NCBI GenBank assembly: GCA_948468385.1
Contig: CAOKHZ010000008.1
Location: 40,265 to 104,264 of the forward strand
From: an uncultured Faecalicatena sp.
GTDB lineage: Bacteria; Bacillota; Clostridia; Lachnospirales; Lachnospiraceae
Direction of reading: 5' to 3'
DNA length: 64,000 nt
Shown: positions 43,048 through 51,553 of the stretch, in pieces
Numbering within the stretch: position 1 is the first letter of the stretch
Layout of the letters: each line of letters opens with the position of its first letter
Position numbers and translations under genes: made by a program
Notes under the pieces: generated by a model
What the model saw: only the letters and a program-made list of their open reading frames with translations
What the model was told of the DNA's origin: nothing
Database searches by the model: none

Positions 43048-43983
43048 ATGGAGAGAGAACGGCTGACATTGGTGATTCCGGCATATAATGAGGAAGAGGC
43101 GATTCCGATATTTTATAAGGAAGCCAGAAAAGTGGAGGAAGAACTTCATCAGGTGGAAGTGGAGTACTTGTTCATAGACGATGGTTCGAGCGACGCGACG
43201 CTTGACGTGCTACGACGACTCTCGACAGAGGATTCGCGGGTACATTATGTGTCTTTTTCCCGTAACTTCGGCAAAGAGTCGGCGATTTATGCCGGATTGG
43301 AAAAAGCGTCTGGCGATTACGTGGCAATCATGGACGCGGATTTGCAAGATCCTCCGGCATTGTTGCCACAGATGCTTTCCGGCATCATGGAGGAAGGCTA
43401 TGACTGCGTGGGAAGCCGTCGCGTCTCCAGAAAGGGAGAGCCCCCGGTTCGTTCATTCTTTGCAAGGCTGTTTTACAAAATCATGAATAAAATGTCCCAT
43501 ACGGAGGTCGTTGACGGTGCCAGGGATTTTCAGATGATGAATCGCAAGGTGGTGAAGGCGATTCTCAGCATGGGAGAATATAATCGGTTTTCCAAAGGTA
43601 TTTTTGGGTGGATCGGGTTTAAAAAGAAGTGGATGGAGTATGAAAACATTGAGCGGGTCGCAGGGGAGACGAAGTGGTCGTTTTGGTCGCTCTTGTTGTA
43701 TGCGTTTGACGGGATTGTGGCATTTTCCACGTTTCCGTTGGTGCTTGTTTCCATATTGGGGCTCTTGTTCTGCGTCGCGGCATTTATCGCCATTATTTTT
43801 ATTATCGTGCGGACATTGGTGTTCGGTGACCCGACATCGGGCTGGCCGTCCATGGTTTGCATCATTATGTTGGTAAGCGGGGTGCAGCTTTTGTGCATGG
43901 GCATTATCGGGCAATATATGGCAAAAACATATCTGGAGACGAAGAGGAGGCCGCTATATTTGGTCGAGGAGGAAAAATTATAA
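43048..43983 (+). CDS. GT2 polyprenol-phosphate glycosyltransferase with two C-terminal TM helices (GtrB/CsbB family)
   Basis: 311 aa: LTLVIPAYNEEEAI...IDDGSSDAT...IMDADLQDPP, followed by two hydrophobic helices and GQYMAKTYLETKRRPLYLV. Confidence 0.85.
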   Translation: MERERLTLVIPAYNEEEAIPIFYKEARKVEEELHQVEVEYLFIDDGSSDATLDVLRRLSTEDSRVHYVSFSRNFGKESAIYAGLEKASGDYVAIMDADLQDPPALLPQMLSGIMEEGYDCVGSRRVSRKGEPPVRSFFARLFYKIMNKMSHTEVVDGARDFQMMNRKVVKAILSMGEYNRFSKGIFGWIGFKKKWMEYENIERVAGETKWSFWSLLLYAFDGIVAFSTFPLVLVSILGLLFCVAAFIAIIFIIVRTLVFGDPTSGWPSMVCIIMLVSGVQLLCMGIIGQYMAKTYLETKRRPLYLVEEEKL

Positions 43984-44000
43984 GGAAAGGAGGACATAGG

Positions 44001-45083
44001 ATGGATTTTGTGGAATACAAATGTCCTTGCTGCGGGGCGGCGTTGAAGTTCTCGTCAGGGGCACAAAAGCTAAAGTGTGACAGTTGCGGGAACAAATACG
44101 ACGTGGCCGCGCTGGAAGAATGGAGGGAGGCGGAACAAGATACGTCGGAGCCGGAGCTTCATTGGGAATATCAAAAGGAAGCGCAAGGGGCGAAGCGGAC
44201 GGCGGACGGGAAGTATGTTTGTCCCTCATGCGCGGCGGAGATTGAGGTGGACGAGGACACCGTCAGCACGAAGTGCCCGTATTGTGACAACGTGGTGGTT
44301 ATCAAGGCGACGGCCTCCGGGGAATTTGAACCGGATTTCATGATTCCGTTCCAAGTCGAGGCAGGGGACGCGAGGCAGAGGCTGGAAAACTTTTGTCGGG
44401 GAAAACGTCTTTTACCGCGTGACTTTAAGAACAGGAGTTATTTGAAAAATATGAAAGGCTACTACGTGCCATACTGGTTGTTCGACTGCGACGCGAGGGC
44501 GGACATGAGTTTTCGCGCGACGCGCACCCGCACGTGGAGCGATTCGGAGTATAATTACGTGGATACCTCGCATTACCTCGTGCATCGGGGCGGGGAGATG
44601 GAATTTTACCATGTGCCGGTCGATGGCAGCACGGAGATGGATGACAAGACGACGGAGTCCATCGAGCCGTTTGACTATGGTGGAATCAAGGATTTCAATC
44701 CGGCATATTTGGCGGGATACGAGACAGACAAATATGACGTGGACGCGAGGAAAGCCGAGGTGCGGGCGAAGGAGCGGTTGTATAATACGGCGGAAGCGGC
44801 ACTTCGAAACACGGTCGCGGGATATGACGGCTTGGTCGTGAAGCGGCGGCAAATGGGAGCCAGGAGTGGGAAAATCAGTTACGCTTTGTTCCCGGTGTGG
44901 CTTTTCGAGACGATTTATGACAAGAAGAAGTACCAGTTTGCCATCAATGGCCAGACCGGCAGGATGGTAGGGGAATTGCCGGTGGACAAGGGCGCGTATT
45001 GGAAATATCTCTGCGGTTTCACGGCGCTCGGGACGGCGGTATGCTCTTTGATTGGAATCTTGTTGTTTGGGGGTGTGCTGTGA
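44001..45083 (+). CDS. Double zinc-ribbon protein with a C-terminal TM anchor (B. subtilis YdjG-like)
   Basis: The ORF track starts at 43857, but ATG at 44001 follows AAAGGAGGA. The sequence is MDFVEYKCPCCGAALKF..KCDSCGNKY ... CPSCAAEI..KCPYCDN, and a C-terminal hydrophobic helix is present. Confidence 0.7.
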   Translation: MDFVEYKCPCCGAALKFSSGAQKLKCDSCGNKYDVAALEEWREAEQDTSEPELHWEYQKEAQGAKRTADGKYVCPSCAAEIEVDEDTVSTKCPYCDNVVVIKATASGEFEPDFMIPFQVEAGDARQRLENFCRGKRLLPRDFKNRSYLKNMKGYYVPYWLFDCDARADMSFRATRTRTWSDSEYNYVDTSHYLVHRGGEMEFYHVPVDGSTEMDDKTTESIEPFDYGGIKDFNPAYLAGYETDKYDVDARKAEVRAKERLYNTAEAALRNTVAGYDGLVVKRRQMGARSGKISYALFPVWLFETIYDKKKYQFAINGQTGRMVGELPVDKGAYWKYLCGFTALGTAVCSLIGILLFGGVL

Positions 45084-46066
45084 TGAGGAGAAGAAAAGGA
45101 CGTAGGATGATTTCGCGCATGGCAATGTCGCTTGCTTCATGCACGGTGGCCGTGCTCGTACTTTCTTTGGCTTGTGTGACACCTGGCTTTGCAGCAGAAT
45201 CGCCGTTACGTGGCAGTGTGGACGGCGCGGTGCCGCTCGCGGAGGCGGCGCAGCCAATCGGGGCGGAGGAGCCGGCGACGCTAGAAAGCGTGGGCGAGCC
45301 GATACCGGATGGCACGGCAGATTCCCCGCTTCTTGAAAACACGTCGGGGCGCGCCTGCGTGATAGATCAGGCGGAACTTCTCGACGCGGAGGAAAAGGCG
45401 AGGTTGGATGAAGCGTGCAGGAAGATTTATGATACATACGGCGTGCTCGTCGCGGTCGTGACGGTCAATGACTTTGGCGGCGGGGATATTATGGACTGGC
45501 AAATACGGGTATTTAAGGAAGACCCGTTCGAGATGAGGGCGCAGGACGGTGTCATGTTGGCGGTCAGCACGTCAGAACGCGATTGGGGGATTCAGACGTT
45601 TGGCGGCGCGCAGAGGGCGTTTAACACCTATGGGCGGGAACGGATTGGCGGAATCGTCGTGGAGAGTCTTTCGGACGAGGATTACTATGGCGCGTTTGAC
45701 GATTTCGTAAAATTGAGTGAGCGATTTCTCAAGGAGGCGGAGAAGGGAAAGCCATATTCGTCGGAGCATCCGTATCGGAAAAGCGTGCCAATCTGGATTA
45801 TCGTGGCGATTTCCTTCGTGGCATCCCTGGTGGTGTCGTTAGGAATAGTAAGCAGTTGGAAAAAGAGCATGAACACGCAGGTGCGGCGAAGCGGGGCTGA
45901 GGAATATTTAAAACCGGGCAGCTTCCACTTGACGAGGTCGTCGGATGTTTTCTTGTACCATACGGTGAGCCGTACTCCGAAGCCGAAGTCGAATAGCGGC
46001 AGCGGCAATGGCAATGGCGGGTCAAGCATGCACTCGACGAGCTCGGGAACAAGTGGAAAATTTTGA
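45083..46066 (+). CDS. Secreted/membrane-anchored TPM (TLP18.3/Psb32/MOLO-1) domain protein (YdjH-like)
   Basis: The start overlaps the upstream stop (TGATG). The protein has a signal peptide, a TPM block (VIDQAELLDAEEKARLDEACRKIYDTYGVLVAVVTV), a TM helix and a Gly/Ser-rich tail. Confidence 0.75.
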   Translation: MRRRKGRRMISRMAMSLASCTVAVLVLSLACVTPGFAAESPLRGSVDGAVPLAEAAQPIGAEEPATLESVGEPIPDGTADSPLLENTSGRACVIDQAELLDAEEKARLDEACRKIYDTYGVLVAVVTVNDFGGGDIMDWQIRVFKEDPFEMRAQDGVMLAVSTSERDWGIQTFGGAQRAFNTYGRERIGGIVVESLSDEDYYGAFDDFVKLSERFLKEAEKGKPYSSEHPYRKSVPIWIIVAISFVASLVVSLGIVSSWKKSMNTQVRRSGAEEYLKPGSFHLTRSSDVFLYHTVSRTPKPKSNSGSGNGNGGSSMHSTSSGTSGKF

Positions 46067-46071
46067 TTATA

Positions 46072-46132
46072 GTGCCAAAGGTCTATCTCCACGATATGCT
46101 TGCATATCGGTGGAGAATAGACCTTATGGCAC
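46072..46132 (+). other. 61-nt near-perfect hairpin (about 27 bp, three single-nt bulges, CUUG loop) 6 nt after the TPM gene stop
   Basis: I paired it base by base: GTGCCAAAGGTCTATCTCCACGATATG-CTTG-CATATCGGTGGAGAATAGACCTTATGGCAC. No U-tract follows. Confidence 0.85.
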
Positions 46133-46133
46133 G

Positions 46134-46220
46134 CCCCACAATGAGGATGAAGCGGAGCGAAGCTCTGTGAGAATCCGAATTGTGGGGAGGATTGCGGGAG
46201 CACGTAATGCGGAGCAATCC
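46134..46220 (+). other. Two further adjacent stem-loops (CCCCACAAT...ATTGTGGGG and GGATTGC...GCAATCC)
   Basis: The 9-bp stem spans 46134-46142 / 46179-46187. The 7-bp stem spans 46189-46195 / 46214-46220. Confidence 0.7.
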
Positions 46221-46264
46221 GTAATCAAAAAATAATCATGTAAGAAAGGAAATGGTAAAAAAAC

Positions 46265-47530
46265 ATGGGACTTATCAAGGCGGCGTTTAGCGCGATGGGA
46301 AGCACGTTGGCGGATCAGTGGAAAGAGTATTTTTGTTGTGACTCGTTGGATGGGGACGTGTTGGTGGCGCGGGGCGAAAAACGGATTAACGGGCGTTCGT
46401 CCAATACGAGGGGAAATGACAACGTCATTACGGACGGCTCCCATATCGCGGTCGCGGACGGGCAATGCATGATGATCGTGGAAAACGGAAGGATTCTCGA
46501 CGTGTGTGCGGAACCGGGCGCGTACACATATCAGACGGGGGGCAGTCCGTCCGTCTTTGGCGGCAAGTTAAAGGACGGATTGAAGGGAATCGCCAGGGAA
46601 GCCTGGGAACGCTTTGAGTTTGGCGGCGGCGCGGGCAAGGATCAGCGTATTTATTATTTCAATACGAAGGAAATTCCTGGAAACAAGTACGGAACGCCAA
46701 ACCCGGTGCCGTTCCGCGTGATTGACCGAAATATAGGCCTGGACGTGGACATTGCCATCCGTTGTAACGGGGAATATTCGTATCGCATCGTCAATCCGAT
46801 GCTGTTTTATAAGAATGTCTGTGGAAACATCAGTGCCGTATATACGCGGGGACAGATTGACTCGATGCTCAAGTCCGAGCTTTTGACGGCCTTGCAGCCG
46901 GCCTTTGCCAGGATTTCCGAGATGGGGATACGTTACAGCTCCCTGCCGGGGCACACGGTGGAAATCGCGGATGCCCTGAATGAAATCTTGTCTAAGAAAT
47001 GGTTGGAGACGAGGGGGATTCAGGTCTTTTCCTTTGGAGTGAACAGCGTGACCGCGTCCAAGGAAGATGAGGACATGATCAAGCAGATGCAGAAGGCGGC
47101 AGTCTTGCGTGACCCGAACATGGCGGCGGCCAACTTGGTCGGTGCGCAGGCGGATGCCATGCGCATGGCGGCATCGAATAGCAGCGGCGCGATGACCGGG
47201 TTCATGGGAATGGGCATGGCGCAGCAGGCCGGCGGCGCGAACGTGCAGAACCTTTACGCGATGGGAGCCGCGCAGGGACAGCAGGCGTACGGCGGACAAC
47301 AAGGACAGGCGGGGTACGGTCAGCCGCAGAACCAGCAAATGTACGGTGCGCAAGGAACACAAGGACAGCGGGCTATAGGCGACATGTGGACTTGTAGCTG
47401 CGGCGCGCAAAACAGCGGGAAATTCTGCTCCGAATGCGGGCAGCCGAGACCGGCGCAGGAATGGACATGTACATGCGGCGCGGTAAATAAAGGGAAGTTC
47501 TGTTCCGAATGCGGGGCGAAGAGGCCATAA
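46265..47530 (+). CDS. SPFH/band-7-related 'virion core protein'-type protein with Q/G-rich linker and two C-terminal zinc ribbons (YdjI-like)
   Basis: 421 aa. The N-terminus is MGLIKAAFSAMGSTLADQWKEYFCCDSLDGDVLVARG. The duplicated C-terminal segments are WTCSCGAQNSGKFCSECGQPRP and WTCTCGAVNKGKFCSECGAKRP. Confidence 0.75.
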   Translation: MGLIKAAFSAMGSTLADQWKEYFCCDSLDGDVLVARGEKRINGRSSNTRGNDNVITDGSHIAVADGQCMMIVENGRILDVCAEPGAYTYQTGGSPSVFGGKLKDGLKGIAREAWERFEFGGGAGKDQRIYYFNTKEIPGNKYGTPNPVPFRVIDRNIGLDVDIAIRCNGEYSYRIVNPMLFYKNVCGNISAVYTRGQIDSMLKSELLTALQPAFARISEMGIRYSSLPGHTVEIADALNEILSKKWLETRGIQVFSFGVNSVTASKEDEDMIKQMQKAAVLRDPNMAAANLVGAQADAMRMAASNSSGAMTGFMGMGMAQQAGGANVQNLYAMGAAQGQQAYGGQQGQAGYGQPQNQQMYGAQGTQGQRAIGDMWTCSCGAQNSGKFCSECGQPRPAQEWTCTCGAVNKGKFCSECGAKRP

Positions 47531-47565
47531 GGTGAAGAGGCCATAGATGAAGAGAACTTAGGACG

Positions 47566-47598
47566 AAAAAGGTATGAGCGCTTGACTCATACCTTTCT
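47566..47598. terminator. Bidirectional terminator between convergent genes
   Basis: AAAGGTATGAG-loop-CTCATACCTTT, flanked by an A-run and a T-run. The right arm overlaps the last codons of the MFS gene. Confidence 0.6.
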
Positions 47599-48810
47599 AT
47601 TATAAATCTTTTTTATATCCTCCCGCCCACGTCCGATGATGAGGTAGCAGGGAAGTAGCCCGAGGGCGCTGATGATCGTCACGCACAGCCGGTAATCCAG
47701 TATCTCGCCGAGCGCACCGCCAATCAAGGTAAATATCGCGGGGAAGAGGGCAAAAAGCGTTGAGAAGATTGCATTGACCTTTGCCCGCATGTTGTCTGGC
47801 AGGTAGTTTTGCACGCTGCTTTCGCGCAGCGTGGCACTGTTGATGCCGAGGAAACCGCATACCGCCCGATTGGCCAGCATAAATGGGAATCCAGTCCACA
47901 AAAGGATGGTGTCCATGACGCTGTAGGCGATATAGACGGCGTAGGCCAGGGAAAAGCGTTTTTCCGGCGGGATTTCGAATTTGTAATGTACCAATCCGCC
48001 GATGGTCCGTCCGATGAATTGGGCGGAGGTGAACAAGGCGTACATGGTGATGTTGAGGCCCGGCGCGGTACGAAACCATGCACGTATCAGGGGCTCCGTG
48101 GCTTCGGATATACCTTGCGTGATAGGCAGGTAGGCATAAATGCGCAGCAGCCCTTTTTCTTTTTTCAAGTAGGAGAGGCCGTCCTTGAAATCTTGTATGT
48201 AGTCGTGGAACGAAAAACGTGCCCCCTTCTTGGTTCGCTCCTCCACCCGGATTTGCGTCTCCATCGTGGCGGCCACGGCCAAAAGCAGGCTTTCAGCCAG
48301 ACAAATGGGAGCCAGGCCGAACTGCGTGTACAAAATGCTGGCCACCGGGGTCATGACCATGAGCACGGTGGGGTAAAGCATACCGGAGATGGTGTAGCCT
48401 TTCTGGGCGAAGCCCTCGGGTATCAGGTTGGGATAGAGGCTTTGGTAAGCCAGGCCGTATACTGAGCCGACACAGCCGCCCAGGAGGGAAAAGACCAGGT
48501 AGAGAGGCAGGTGGAAAGGATGGTGCAATAAATACAAACCAAAGAACAAGTACATTATGCAACTGAAATAATCCAGACCGACAATCACTGGCTTGCGCCG
48601 GAAGTTGTCGAGGTAAGGAGAAACCAGTATCGGCAGGAGAATCCGGGGCAACGAGGAGGCGGCGGTGAAAAGGGCCGAGAGCAAGGTGCTCCCGGTCGTG
48701 TCAAATACCACGAAACTTAAGGCGAAGCCCATGGCTGTGTCGCCGATGGCACTGATGACGGTGCCAAGGGTGATGATGGTAAAGTTTTTGCTCCATAACG
48801 TGTTCTTCAT
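47587..48810 (-). CDS. MFS transporter
   Basis: 407 aa with ~12 TM, and an AAGGAG RBS. Confidence 0.8.
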   Translation of the reverse strand: MKNTLWSKNFTIITLGTVISAIGDTAMGFALSFVVFDTTGSTLLSALFTAASSLPRILLPILVSPYLDNFRRKPVIVGLDYFSCIMYLFFGLYLLHHPFHLPLYLVFSLLGGCVGSVYGLAYQSLYPNLIPEGFAQKGYTISGMLYPTVLMVMTPVASILYTQFGLAPICLAESLLLAVAATMETQIRVEERTKKGARFSFHDYIQDFKDGLSYLKKEKGLLRIYAYLPITQGISEATEPLIRAWFRTAPGLNITMYALFTSAQFIGRTIGGLVHYKFEIPPEKRFSLAYAVYIAYSVMDTILLWTGFPFMLANRAVCGFLGINSATLRESSVQNYLPDNMRAKVNAIFSTLFALFPAIFTLIGGALGEILDYRLCVTIISALGLLPCYLIIGRGREDIKKIYNRKV

Positions 48811-48966
48811 GAAAAGCGTCTCCTTAAAATCTGTCCGTCATCAATCGTGTTGGCGTTCATATATCGACATGATAGATAACTTGTTCCTGCAAAGCGTTTT
48901 ATTTCCGCGGGCAACGAGCCAAGCGGCCATGCTTGCATGGACATTTAGCGACTGCCGCGAGGGTGT

Positions 48967-49027
48967 AATACCCCGCAGCTTGCTGCGTATTCAAGCTATG
49001 ATGCCCCGTGGCTTGCTGCGGGGTATT
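48967..49027. other. 13-bp perfect inverted repeat AATACCCCGCAGC...GCTGCGGGGTATT directly abutting the map stop codon, with nested GCTTGC-centred hairpins
   Basis: Arms at 48967-48979 and 49015-49027. Internally there are CGCAG-CTTG-CTGCG and CCGTGG-CTTG-CTGCGG. No T-run is present on either strand. Confidence 0.6.
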
Positions 49028-49891
49028 TCACTTCGTCAGTACCTCGATTCCGTCCTCCCTTACCAGTACCATGTATTCAATCTGTGCCGAGAGGCCGTCA
49101 TCGATGGTATAGGCCGTCCAGTCATTGTCCTCGTCAATAAAAAAGTCAGGGCTGCCTTCGTTTATCATCGGCTCTATGGTGAACATCATGCCGGGTACGA
49201 GCAGCATCTCGGTGCCCTTCGGGGCGACGTAGCTGACGAACGGCTCTTCGTGGAACTCCAGGCCTACGCCGTGCCCGCCGATATCTATAACGACTGAGTA
49301 CCCGTTGGCCTGGGCGTGGGAATTGATGGCATCGGCGATGTCGCCAAGGTGCCCCCATGGCTTGGCAGCGGCCAGGCCTAATTCCACGCATTCGCCGGTC
49401 ACGCGCACCAGGCGTTCGGCGCGCTCGGAAACCTTGCCTATTTTAAACATTCTGGAGGCATCCGAATAATAACCGTTCAGGTTCGTGGAAACGTCCACGT
49501 TGACGATGTCGCCCTCTTGCAAAATGATATCCCTGGCAGGGATGCCGTGGCATATCTCGTTGTTGATGGAGGTACACACGCTTTTTGGGAAACCCTCGTA
49601 ATGGAGCGGGGCAGGAATGCCGCCGTTTTTCGTGGTAACGTCGTAGACAATCTGGTCAATCTCTTCGGTACACATTCCGACACGGATTTTTTCGGCCACG
49701 GAATCCAAAACAAGCGTGTTAAGTGCCGCGCTTTCCTTTATTTTTTCAATTTGGAAGGGAGTCTTTAAAAGCTTCCTGGTCGGGACGATTTCCCCCTTGT
49801 CCGCATGAATCCGCATTCTTTCTTCGATTGCCATGTGGCATTTTTTGTATTTCTTGCCGCTGCCACACCAGCATGGGGCATTTCTTTCCAT
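49028..49891 (-). CDS. map: Type I methionine aminopeptidase with an N-terminal SEC-C zinc-binding motif
   Basis: MERNAPCWCGSGKKYKKCH... followed by the M24 fold (metal ligands in the DIVNVDV, HGVG and EPM contexts). The ORF track start at 49939 is less likely than 49891, which follows a GAGG..AAGGAA RBS. Confidence 0.88.
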   Translation of the reverse strand: MERNAPCWCGSGKKYKKCHMAIEERMRIHADKGEIVPTRKLLKTPFQIEKIKESAALNTLVLDSVAEKIRVGMCTEEIDQIVYDVTTKNGGIPAPLHYEGFPKSVCTSINNEICHGIPARDIILQEGDIVNVDVSTNLNGYYSDASRMFKIGKVSERAERLVRVTGECVELGLAAAKPWGHLGDIADAINSHAQANGYSVVIDIGGHGVGLEFHEEPFVSYVAPKGTEMLLVPGMMFTIEPMINEGSPDFFIDEDNDWTAYTIDDGLSAQIEYMVLVREDGIEVLTK

Positions 49892-49953
49892 TTCCTTTAC
49901 CTCGTTTACTATTTTCTTGTATATACTAAACATTGCCAATACCGCCTTTTTTG

Positions 49954-51252
49954 TTACTTTTCTATCTCGTGAATGAACAGCCCGCTGCGAAGCTTCGGTT
50001 CGAACCAGGTGGATTTAGGCGGCATCAGCCCGTCCGCGTCCGCCACGGCCAATAATTCGTCCATGGAAGTCGGGTACATGGAAAATATGACGCTCCCGGG
50101 TTGCGCGTCCGCCATTTCCATCAGCGACGTCTCGTTTTGAATTCCCCCGATAAAAGAGATTCGCGAATCTGTTTTTGGGTCGCGGATGTCAAATAACGGG
50201 TTTAACACGTAATCTTGTAAAATGGAAACATCCAAATCCTTGGCCGGGTTGCCGCAAAACAAGGAAGGTCTGGCGCGCAGGCGGTACCATGACTTATCCA
50301 GATACATGGTGAGTTCCCCTTTCTGGGAGGGCGTTTGCGCCCGTCCTTGCATGACGGTTTCGCCTTGTGGGGCCTTTCTGTCGGATTGGCCGGGAGCGTT
50401 TTGGCAAGGTTCCACGTAAAAGCCGTCTGTCAATTTATCCAGAAGAGCGGAAGGGGAATCATGCCATGCGCCCGTGACCATACGGTTGTATGGGAAAATC
50501 CGCAGTTCGTCCGCCATGAATAGGACAGATAGGAAATAATTGAACTCTTCCGTGCCGTCGTAATCGGGATGCGCCTTTCTGCGCATGAGTCCGACTTTTA
50601 CCGCCGATGCCGCGCGGTGGTGGCCGTCAGCAATGTAGAGCGCGCCTATTTGATCCATGAAGAGGGCGATCTGTTTGACGTCCTTGTCATCTTCTATTTT
50701 CCAGACCTGGTGCCGGATGCCGTCTTCGCTCGTGAAATCGTAAAGAGCCGGGAAACGCTTTCTGGCGGTAAGAAGTTCGCGCAGCCGGACATGGGGCCGG
50801 CAGGCGAGAAAAATTGGCCCGGTCTGGGCACTTAGCGTGTCTATGTGGTGAATTCGGTCGAGCTCCTTGGCGGGCAACGTGTTTTCGTGCCGTTTGATGG
50901 AGCCGTTTTGATAATCGTCAATCGAGGCACATCCGACCAAGCCGTCCTGGGTGTGACCCCGCATGGTCAGGGAATACAAGTAATGGCAAGGTTTGTCCTC
51001 CCGGATGAAAAGGCCGTTTAGAAGCATGTCGGACAAGGTGTCCCTCGCCTTTTCGTAGACGATCGTGGAGTACATGTCGGTTTCATCGGGGAACTGTGTC
51101 TCCGCCCGGTCAACGCGTAAAAAGGAAATCGGGTTCCCGTTTACGGCGGACTTTGCCTGGACACGGTCATAAACGTCGTAAGGTAGTGCCGCGATGGAAG
51201 CGGCGTATTCTTTTGCCGGTCGGATTGCACAAAACGGGCGCAAGGTTGCCAT
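49954..51252 (-). CDS. DUF1015 family protein
   Basis: MATLRPFCAIRPAKEYAASIAALPYDVYD... is the typical DUF1015 N-terminus. ATG at 51252 follows an AAGGAG RBS; the ORF track start at 51345 is probably an over-extension. Confidence 0.75.
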   Translation of the reverse strand: MATLRPFCAIRPAKEYAASIAALPYDVYDRVQAKSAVNGNPISFLRVDRAETQFPDETDMYSTIVYEKARDTLSDMLLNGLFIREDKPCHYLYSLTMRGHTQDGLVGCASIDDYQNGSIKRHENTLPAKELDRIHHIDTLSAQTGPIFLACRPHVRLRELLTARKRFPALYDFTSEDGIRHQVWKIEDDKDVKQIALFMDQIGALYIADGHHRAASAVKVGLMRRKAHPDYDGTEEFNYFLSVLFMADELRIFPYNRMVTGAWHDSPSALLDKLTDGFYVEPCQNAPGQSDRKAPQGETVMQGRAQTPSQKGELTMYLDKSWYRLRARPSLFCGNPAKDLDVSILQDYVLNPLFDIRDPKTDSRISFIGGIQNETSLMEMADAQPGSVIFSMYPTSMDELLAVADADGLMPPKSTWFEPKLRSGLFIHEIEK

Positions 51253-51409
51253 GATGAGTCTCCTTTCTGTGAATGTCTCCAAGCGTCGAAGTGCGCACGG
51301 CCATGAAAGGCGGTACGCGCACGTCCGTGACTCGAAAACGAACAACGCATATAGTGTAGCACAGTTTGGCTGAAATTTCTAGTCAAAATATCGGTTATGA
51401 CATCGTGTG

Positions 51410-51439
51410 TTGACTGCCAATGCCGGTCAGTGTTACAAT
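51410..51439 (+). promoter_or_regulatory. Sigma-A-type promoter for the second LytTR two-component pair
   Basis: TTGACT (51410-51415), 18 nt spacer, TACAAT (51434-51439). Confidence 0.55.
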
Positions 51440-51553
51440 GTTAAAGATTGCAAGTGTTCTTTAGTGCCTGCCAATATTTGAACCGGTTGGACGGAAGGAT
51501 GCATGTAAATCTGTAATTTGAAGTTTGCCGATGTTACGAGACGGAGAGAAAAG

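Noticed and set aside
44412-45437. 341-aa minus-strand ORF
   Set aside because: It is antisense to the YdjG-like and TPM genes. It is Pro/Arg-rich, crosses a gene junction and has no translation signals.
46568-47410. 280-aa minus-strand ORF
   Set aside because: It is antisense to the SPFH-like gene. Its composition is Arg/His/Leu-rich, and the plus-strand gene has strong family features.
47809-48465. 218-aa plus-strand ORF
   Set aside because: It is antisense to the MFS transporter. It is not hydrophobic and has no RBS.
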